Shown one piece after another: positions 25,474-32,000 of a DNA stretch of 32,000 bases; the first letter of the stretch is position 1; each line of letters starts with the position of its first letter. Origin of the DNA: Sinorhizobium meliloti (GTDB lineage: Bacteria > Pseudomonadota > Alphaproteobacteria > Rhizobiales > Rhizobiaceae); the NCBI RefSeq assembly GCF_017876815.1, contig NZ_JAGIOS010000002.1, positions 1,200,001 through 1,232,000 on the forward strand, in the 5' to 3' direction. A program made the position numbers and the translations under genes. The notes beneath the pieces were generated by a model. The model saw only the letters and a program-made list of their open reading frames with translations. It was not told where the DNA came from and did no database searches.

Positions 25474-25992
25474 ATGCACGGAGCCGAGAACCAGCCCACG
25501 GAAGCCGCTTTCGAGCCCTTGCTCCACTTCGAGATGGAGATGGGTGCCTTTCTTTCCGATTGGAATCATTGCGATCAGCTGTCGACCTTCATGGCGCGAA
25601 TGATAAGTCACAATCGCACTGATCCTGTTCGCCACTCGAATTTCTTCTCGTCCGCATTGAACGAGCTCCTCGAGGTCTCGTTCCGCAGCGGCTCGCCCGA
25701 CGGCCGGATCGGTTGTGCAGTTTATCGATGGGGGCCGACCGAACGGGTGGAGCTTACTTTCCCGTGTCCGCCCGGTCAGAGGCAGTTTTATAGAGAGGCG
25801 GTGTCGAAGACCCGCGACGCCGACGCCCATGCGCGCTACCTTGATTCCATCTCCACCGATCTCGCACCGAGTCGCGAGGCTGTTCTTCTGGACTTGTCGA
25901 TCAATTTCGATGCCGACGTGCGGCTCGACGAAAGCGATCCGCCATCGATCAGGCTTGTCGTGGATCTGCCTCTTGAAGGAGTGGTGAGGTGA
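25474..25992 (+). CDS. degenerate GHKL/RsbW-SiaB-like protein (predicted pseudokinase), paralog of the 29529-30092 product
   Basis: The ATG at 25474 follows GGGAGGAAG. It aligns along its length with the downstream kinase (SDWNHCDQLSTFMARM vs LGWKHCAMTSDFVAEF; NELLEVSF vs NELIENAVKF; LLDLSINFDADVRL vs [15 protein letters not shown]). It lacks the N-box Asn (V68) and the Gly-rich lid. Confidence 0.7.
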   Translation: MHGAENQPTEAAFEPLLHFEMEMGAFLSDWNHCDQLSTFMARMISHNRTDPVRHSNFFSSALNELLEVSFRSGSPDGRIGCAVYRWGPTERVELTFPCPPGQRQFYREAVSKTRDADAHARYLDSISTDLAPSREAVLLDLSINFDADVRLDESDPPSIRLVVDLPLEGVVR

Positions 25993-27167
25993 GTACGACA
26001 GCGTTTGCAGTTCCCTTCAAGGCGGAATTCGACCCGAACAGCCAGGAGTTCGCTCTTTCCGGGGTGGTGCGGCCGCGCTCGGCCGACGAGATCGCCGCAA
26101 GCATATCGATGCTCAAAGGCGCAATCGAAGAGGTGCGGGGCGTTCTCTACATCAACGTCAAGCGCCTGGTGCAGATGAACAACACGGCCTATCACGCCTT
26201 CGCGCGCGTTCTTCTCGATGCCTGTCGCACGCGGTCGGACATTCGCTTCGTCGTCGTGACCTCGAGCGTCGTGGGCTGGACCGAGCGCATGTTCGCCCAT
26301 TTGAACAAGATCGAGCCGCAAGTGACCGTCGAGGTCTACGACTCGAAGTTCTATCCCGGGCAGAGCTTCGTGGAAAACACGAGCTTCATCCCGATCCTGC
26401 GCACGCAAACGAAAATGACCTGGCGCCACGAGCGCAAGATGCTCCCGCGTCACGGACTGCGCCCGGGTATGACGATGGCAGACATATGTTGTGGCATCGG
26501 CGACTTCGCCATGCTGGTGCGGAAGGAGTTCCAGCCGGCACGCATCGTCGCGCTCGACCATTCCAAGGCGAGCCTCGCCTATGCGCGCGACGTGGCGTCC
26601 GGCTTCGGCGTAACGGATATCGAATATACCTATGGCGATGCCTCCGAGATGCTGCTCGAGGACAATCAGTTCGATTTCGTCACCTGCCGCCATTCGCTGC
26701 AGATCTTCAACCAGCCGGATGTGCTCCTGAAGGAACTCTTCCGGATCTGCAAGCCCGGCGGTCGGGTCTACATAACCAACGAGAAAAATTCCCACTGTCT
26801 CGGCGAACCGCGCGCACAGAGCATTCAATGGACCTACTACGAGGTCGCGAGGCTGTTCAGCCATTTCGAAATGGATGTGGAGTTCGGACCGAAGAGCAAG
26901 CGCTATCTTGTCGACGCCGGCTTTGACGATATCAACGTTGAATCGTTCATGGTCACCAATCTCGACGGAGATCCTCAGGACTTCGCCGATATCATCGCTG
27001 CCTGGGAGAACGTCTATGCCGGTGAAATGGCCGTAAAGCGCGGCGACCCGCCCGAGTTCATCGAACGTTTCCGGCAGGGTTTCCGGGACCACATTTTTGC
27101 CGCCCTCCATCCCAAGGGTTATGCCGGCTGGCCGATCTGGGCGGCCTCAGGGCGCAAGCCGCTATGA
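25989..27167 (+). CDS. fusion protein: N-terminal STAS/SiaC(DUF1987)-like domain plus C-terminal class-I SAM-dependent methyltransferase
   Basis: The GTG at 25989 overlaps the upstream stop (GTGA) and follows GAAGGAG. The N-terminal roughly 115 aa align with the 30106-30444 product. The C-terminal part has MTase motif I (ADICCGIGDF) and the post-I and later motifs (ALDHS, FDFVTCRHSLQ, CKPGGRVYI). Confidence 0.78.
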   Translation: MSTTAFAVPFKAEFDPNSQEFALSGVVRPRSADEIAASISMLKGAIEEVRGVLYINVKRLVQMNNTAYHAFARVLLDACRTRSDIRFVVVTSSVVGWTERMFAHLNKIEPQVTVEVYDSKFYPGQSFVENTSFIPILRTQTKMTWRHERKMLPRHGLRPGMTMADICCGIGDFAMLVRKEFQPARIVALDHSKASLAYARDVASGFGVTDIEYTYGDASEMLLEDNQFDFVTCRHSLQIFNQPDVLLKELFRICKPGGRVYITNEKNSHCLGEPRAQSIQWTYYEVARLFSHFEMDVEFGPKSKRYLVDAGFDDINVESFMVTNLDGDPQDFADIIAAWENVYAGEMAVKRGDPPEFIERFRQGFRDHIFAALHPKGYAGWPIWAASGRKPL

Positions 27168-29524
27168 GCTTGCCCGGGGAAAACACCGGTCGTTTGGGCC
27201 TGCGCTCCTTCCGCGCCAAGTTCGTGCTGGTCGTCGGAAGCGCGGTGCTCTTTGATCTGCTCGTCACCGGCGGTCTTGCGCTCTGGAACGTGCAGAGACT
27301 TTCCCGCGACGCGGCGGCGGAAGTCGGCCGCGGCCTGGAGGAGGCCAACCAGGACTATATCCGCTCCTATGCGGCAACCACGGCTGCCCGGGTCAACCTG
27401 CTGCTCAACCAGGTCCACTCCGATGTGGGCACATTGGCGGGCGTTCTCCAGGAGCAAATCGATCGGCCCGTGAGAAAATCGCAAATCGGGGAGGCGATGG
27501 CGCGCGGCGCGCCGGGAACCGTGACGGTCGCGTACGATCAGAAAGGCGGATGGGCTCAGAACCTGCCCGGTTCTCCATCGGTCGTCAGCGTCTGGGGCTA
27601 TCTTCTTGACCAGAACCACCTTCCGCTTCCCGACGTGCAGACGGACATCGAGAACAGCGCGGTTCTAGACCTTGTCGCGCCGAGCCTGCTCGCAAACGGT
27701 CAGTCGAAACTGCAGATGTATTATATCGGCCCGAAAGAGCGGCCGATATTCCGGACGGCGCCCTATACGGACCAGGCGCAGACCTTCGATAAGCTCTACC
27801 CGGGACACAATTCGGCGGAGTTCTGGTCTTTCTTTTTTCCCGGACTCTACGAATCTTGGGAACAATGGGCGCATGATCCGAAGTCACGTCCGGTGAATGG
27901 CGACATCACTCAGACGGCGCCCTATACCGACGCGATAACCGGCAAGCTCATCGTGAGTTTCTTCCAGCCGCTGTGGTCGCGCGACCGCAGCCGTGTGCTG
28001 GGCGCTGCCGGCACGGATATCACGCTCGACCAGCTGGCCGAGATCGTCGAGAACGTTAAGGTTGCCGAAACCGGTTTCGGCTTTCTGACGATGTCGGACG
28101 GCAACGTCGTTGCCATCAATCCGGTTGGAGAAAAGGTCATCGGCCTTCGCGCGTCGAACGCGGCCGCCGGCGGAGGTGTGACGGGTCTCGACCGCTCTCT
28201 CCGTCGCAGCGTCCAGCCGGAGATTGCGAAATTGCCCTTGGGCGAGGATGGACTGCTCAAGCATATTCTCCTCGAGGAGAACGGCGAGAGGGTGCCCTAT
28301 CTGGTCGTCCTGAAACAGTTGCAGCCGACCAACCTCTGGGCATCCGGCCCAGTCCGCCGTGAAGCGATGCTGCTCGGCATCGCCGTGCCCGAGCGGGAAA
28401 TCTACGCTTCGCTGTTTGCCGCCCAAGCCGGGATCTCGGAGGCGACCAACAGGATCTTGATCTATCAGGTCCTGGCGCTCCTCGTATCCCTGTTCTTTGT
28501 CATTGCCGCCGTATTCGCCATATCCAAGCGGATCACCGGCGGCATAAGCGCGCTTGCCAATGCCGCCAAGCGCATAGAGGCGAAGGACTATTCGGTGCGG
28601 GTCGACATTCCGACGCGTGACGAGGTCGGCGACGCCGGTGCCGCCTTCAATCGTATGGCGGAAGAGATCAGCTTCCACACCGAGAACCTCGAGCGGCTGG
28701 TCGAGGATCGGACGAAGGAGATCGAGGAGGCGAACCTCCAGATATCAGCGCTGAACCAGCAGTTGCGCAGCGAGAACCTGCGTCTCGGTGCGGAACTCGC
28801 CGTTGCCCGCCGTATCCAGATGATGGTGCTGCCGAAGGCCGGCGAGCTCGAGGAAATCGCCGAACTGGAGATCGCCGCCTATATGCGGCCCGCCGACGAG
28901 GTGGGCGGCGACTATTACGACGTGCTGCAGGATGGGAAGCGGCTGAAGATCGGCATCGGCGACGTGACGGGGCATGGTCTCGAGAGCGGCGTGCTGATGC
29001 TGATGGTCCAATCCGTAGCCCGCGCCTTGCAGGAAATGGGCGAGATGGAGCCGGCGCAATTCCTCAATTGTGTGAACCGGGCGATCTACAAGAACCTCGT
29101 CAGGACCAGGACCAACAAGCATCTCTCCTTGGCATTCCTCGACTATGACGGCGCAAGGCTGACGCTCTCCGGGCAGCACGAGGAGTTGATCGTCATCAGA
29201 GATCTGGAAAGGGTGGAGCGGATCGACACTCTGGATCTCGGCCTGCCGATCGGGTTGGAGCCGGATATTTCCGCCTTTGTCGCAACGCGCGAAATTTCCT
29301 TCGGTCGCGGCGACATGATCATCCTCCATACCGATGGCGTGACGGAGGCGGAGAGCGGAACCGGCGAGCTCTTCGGCATCGAAAGGCTCTGCGAAAGCGC
29401 GCGATGCCGCTACGGCAGCACCGCCGAGGACGTCAAGTCCGGCATCATCGAGGATTTGATGGCACATATCGGTACCCAGAAAATTCATGACGATATCACT
29501 CTCGTGGTGATGAGGCACAGGTGA
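27164..29524 (+). CDS. membrane sensor phosphatase: TM, periplasmic dCache-like domain, TM, HAMP, coiled coil, PP2C/SpoIIE (RsbU/SiaA-like)
   Basis: ATGA overlap with the upstream stop. TM1 is FVLVVGSAVLFDLLVTGGLALW. The Cache-like core is PYTDAITGKLIVSFFQPLW...GAAGTDITLDQL...TGFGFLTMSDGNVVAI. TM2 is at about nt 28450-28530. HAMP is RITGGISALANAAKRIEAKDYSVRVD...DEVGDAGAAFNRMAEEI. PP2C motifs are ADEVGGDYYD, GIGDVTGHG and ILHTDGVTEA. Confidence 0.88.
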   Translation: MSLPGENTGRLGLRSFRAKFVLVVGSAVLFDLLVTGGLALWNVQRLSRDAAAEVGRGLEEANQDYIRSYAATTAARVNLLLNQVHSDVGTLAGVLQEQIDRPVRKSQIGEAMARGAPGTVTVAYDQKGGWAQNLPGSPSVVSVWGYLLDQNHLPLPDVQTDIENSAVLDLVAPSLLANGQSKLQMYYIGPKERPIFRTAPYTDQAQTFDKLYPGHNSAEFWSFFFPGLYESWEQWAHDPKSRPVNGDITQTAPYTDAITGKLIVSFFQPLWSRDRSRVLGAAGTDITLDQLAEIVENVKVAETGFGFLTMSDGNVVAINPVGEKVIGLRASNAAAGGGVTGLDRSLRRSVQPEIAKLPLGEDGLLKHILLEENGERVPYLVVLKQLQPTNLWASGPVRREAMLLGIAVPEREIYASLFAAQAGISEATNRILIYQVLALLVSLFFVIAAVFAISKRITGGISALANAAKRIEAKDYSVRVDIPTRDEVGDAGAAFNRMAEEISFHTENLERLVEDRTKEIEEANLQISALNQQLRSENLRLGAELAVARRIQMMVLPKAGELEEIAELEIAAYMRPADEVGGDYYDVLQDGKRLKIGIGDVTGHGLESGVLMLMVQSVARALQEMGEMEPAQFLNCVNRAIYKNLVRTRTNKHLSLAFLDYDGARLTLSGQHEELIVIRDLERVERIDTLDLGLPIGLEPDISAFVATREISFGRGDMIILHTDGVTEAESGTGELFGIERLCESARCRYGSTAEDVKSGIIEDLMAHIGTQKIHDDITLVVMRHR

Positions 29525-29528
29525 GCGG

Positions 29529-30444
<916 letters not shown>

Positions 30445-30479
30445 AGGGTGCTCCCGAGTTCGAAGGCATATTGACGGCA

Positions 30480-31388
30480 TCACGGATATTGCACGCCGTT
30501 GGTTGCCGTGTAGATGGAATAGAGCGACTGGGTGGCCGTGATGAAGAGGCGGTTCTTCTTGGGGCCGCCGAAGGTGAGGTTCGACACCGTCTGCGGCACG
30601 AGGATCTTGCCGAGCAGGGTGCCGTCGGTGTCGAAGCAATGCACTCCGTCGGCAGCACTGCACCAAAGATTTCCCGCTACGTCGAAACGAAAGCCGTCCG
30701 GATTGCCGTTGTCGATGGAACAGAAATAGCGGCCGTTTGCGAGGACGCCGTCAGCGGCAACGTCGAAAACGCGGATATGCCTCGGAACCTCGTGCTTTGC
30801 AGATCCCGAGTCGGCAATATAAAGCCGCGCCTCGTCCGGCGAGAAGGCGAGCCCGTTCGGCTGGATGAAATCGCGGACGACGGCCTTGATTGCGCCGGAT
30901 AGAGGGTCGATCCGATAGACATTGCGTGTCGGCTGTTCCGGTTCCGCTTTGTGGCCTTCATAGTCCGACAGGATGCCGTAGGTTGGATCGGTAAACCAGA
31001 TCGAGCCGTCGGAGTGCACCACGGCGTCGTTCGGCGAGTTGAGCCGCTTTCCTTCATAACTGTCGGCAAGCACGGTGATGCGGCCGTCATGTTCCGTGCG
31101 CGTCACGCGCCGGCCGCCGTGCTCGCAGGAGATCAGGCGGCCCTGGCGGTCGCGCGTGTTGCCGTTCACGTAATTCGAGGGCGAGCGGAAGACGGAAGCG
31201 CCGTCAGGCGTCCAGCGCATCATGCGTTGGTTTGGAATATCGCTCCAGATCAGGCAGTCGAGGTCGGAAAACCAGACCGGCCCTTCCGCCCAGCGGCAGC
31301 CGCGATAAAGTTCTTCGAGCGCTGCGCTGCCAACGATCAGGGAACGGAAACGTTCATCGCGAATGTCGTAGTGCGGGCTGTCTGCCAA
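30480..31388 (-). CDS. SMP-30/gluconolactonase/LRE-family lactonase
   Basis: CRWAEGPVWFSDLDCLIWSDIPNQRMMRW...NSPNDAVVHSDGSIWFTDP...PNGLAFSPDE...PDGFRFDVAGNLW shows the six-bladed propeller motifs. The start is a TTG at 31388 preceded by GGAGGAAG. There is no usable in-frame ATG before the conserved core. Confidence 0.85.
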   Translation of the reverse strand: MADSPHYDIRDERFRSLIVGSAALEELYRGCRWAEGPVWFSDLDCLIWSDIPNQRMMRWTPDGASVFRSPSNYVNGNTRDRQGRLISCEHGGRRVTRTEHDGRITVLADSYEGKRLNSPNDAVVHSDGSIWFTDPTYGILSDYEGHKAEPEQPTRNVYRIDPLSGAIKAVVRDFIQPNGLAFSPDEARLYIADSGSAKHEVPRHIRVFDVAADGVLANGRYFCSIDNGNPDGFRFDVAGNLWCSAADGVHCFDTDGTLLGKILVPQTVSNLTFGGPKKNRLFITATQSLYSIYTATNGVQYP

Positions 31389-31665
31389 CGCTCTTCCTCC
31401 ATATCCTGCGAGCCGTCGGCGTGAGGACGCGCGAGTTTCGCCGGCTGTTCTTCTGGCGGCCGCAGGGGGTCCACTTATAGTTCGAGTCCGGCTGATGGAA
31501 CAGGCGATACATCCATCGCCTGCATCGATTTCCTCCCGCAGGGCGATTTGAAGGCTACTTCGCCAGCTCGCTGCGTGACGCGTTCTGTCAAGCCGCGGAA
31601 CAACTTCTCAACCCAACGGGTTGTTTGGCGGAAGGGACGTATTTTGCATAACGGGAGAATGCCTG

Positions 31666-32000
31666 ATGAAAGATCTGATCGTCAAAGGTGCCATTGTTCT
31701 GGGTCTCGGGCTCGGCTGCTTTGCTATTCCAGCAGCGGCACAGAGCACGACCAAGAACAGCACCGTGACCGGCGCAGCCGGCGGAGCTGCTGCAGGTGCA
31801 GTCATAGGCGGTCCTGTCGGAGCTGCCGTTGGTGGGGTCGCCGGAGCGGTCGCAGGTGCGGCGCTCGACCCGCCGCCGCCGAAGGTAATCGAGTATGTCG
31901 AGGCGCAGCCGCTTCCGGCAGAGCCGGTCGTCGTTCAACAGGAGATCGTAGTCGGAAAGCCGCTGCCTGAGACGGTGGTGGTCACGCCGATCCCCGACGA
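31666..32000 (+). CDS. secreted Gly/Ala-rich protein, 3'-truncated by the window edge (DUF1236-like by recollection)
   Basis: The ATG at 31666 lies 7 nt after GGGAGA. MKDLIVKGAIVLGLGLGCFAIPAAA/QSTT is a signal peptide, followed by GAAGGAAAGAVIGGPVGAAVGGVAGAVAGAA and PPPPKVIEYVEAQPLPAEPVVVQQEIVVGKPLPETVVVTPIPD. The frame stays open to the window end, so it is absent from the ORF track. Confidence 0.6.
   Translation, partial: MKDLIVKGAIVLGLGLGCFAIPAAAQSTTKNSTVTGAAGGAAAGAVIGGPVGAAVGGVAGAVAGAALDPPPPKVIEYVEAQPLPAEPVVVQQEIVVGKPLPETVVVTPIPD

Noticed and set aside
25836-27110. 424-aa minus-strand ORF antisense to the STAS-methyltransferase gene
   Set aside because: It has no motifs. The plus strand shows clear SAM-MTase motifs and translational coupling to its neighbours.
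31548-31970. 140-aa Arg-rich plus-strand ORF and the 116-aa minus-strand ORF (31588-31938)
   Set aside because: Both are off-frame shadows of the Gly/Ala-rich secreted-protein gene starting at 31666, which has an RBS and a signal peptide.

Overview
This is a high-GC alphaproteobacterial window in Rhizobiaceae style. The gene order recalls the Sinorhizobium/Ensifer ehu-eut region, but I cannot verify that without a search. It is densely coding, and I support 30 CDS. I saw no rRNA, tRNA, CRISPR array, transposase or integrase.

Contents, left to right:
1. The 3' part of a glutathione S-transferase gene.
2. A roughly 330-bp nested inverted-repeat (REP/RIME/MITE-like) intergenic element.
3. A complete ectoine/hydroxyectoine uptake and catabolism locus.
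   - Minus strand: quinone-oxidoreductase-like gene, class-III aminotransferase (DoeD/Atf-like), semialdehyde dehydrogenase (DoeC/Ssd-like) and an AsnC/Lrp regulator.
   - Plus strand: a MocR-type regulator (EnuR/EhuR-like), then ehuABCD-eutABCDE with overlapping stops and starts.
4. A NarK-type nitrate/nitrite MFS transporter preceded by a perfect sigma54 -24/-12 promoter.
5. A sugar-acid operon: GntR(FadR-type) regulator, dctPQM TRAP transporter, L-idonate-5-dehydrogenase-like gene and uxuA.
6. A PAS-like/AGDEF/EAL c-di-GMP protein.
7. A translationally coupled five-gene partner-switching operon (25474-30444), which is the most interesting part. Its genes, in order, are:
   - a degenerate GHKL pseudokinase;
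   - a STAS/SiaC-like domain fused to a SAM methyltransferase;
   - a dCache-HAMP-PP2C phosphatase;
   - an intact RsbW/SiaB-like kinase;
   - a small STAS/SiaC-like protein.
8. A convergent SMP-30/gluconolactonase gene.
9. The 5' part of a secreted Gly/Ala-rich protein that is missing from the ORF track.

The operon in item 7 looks like an expanded, duplicated SiaABC-type module with an unassigned methyltransferase output.
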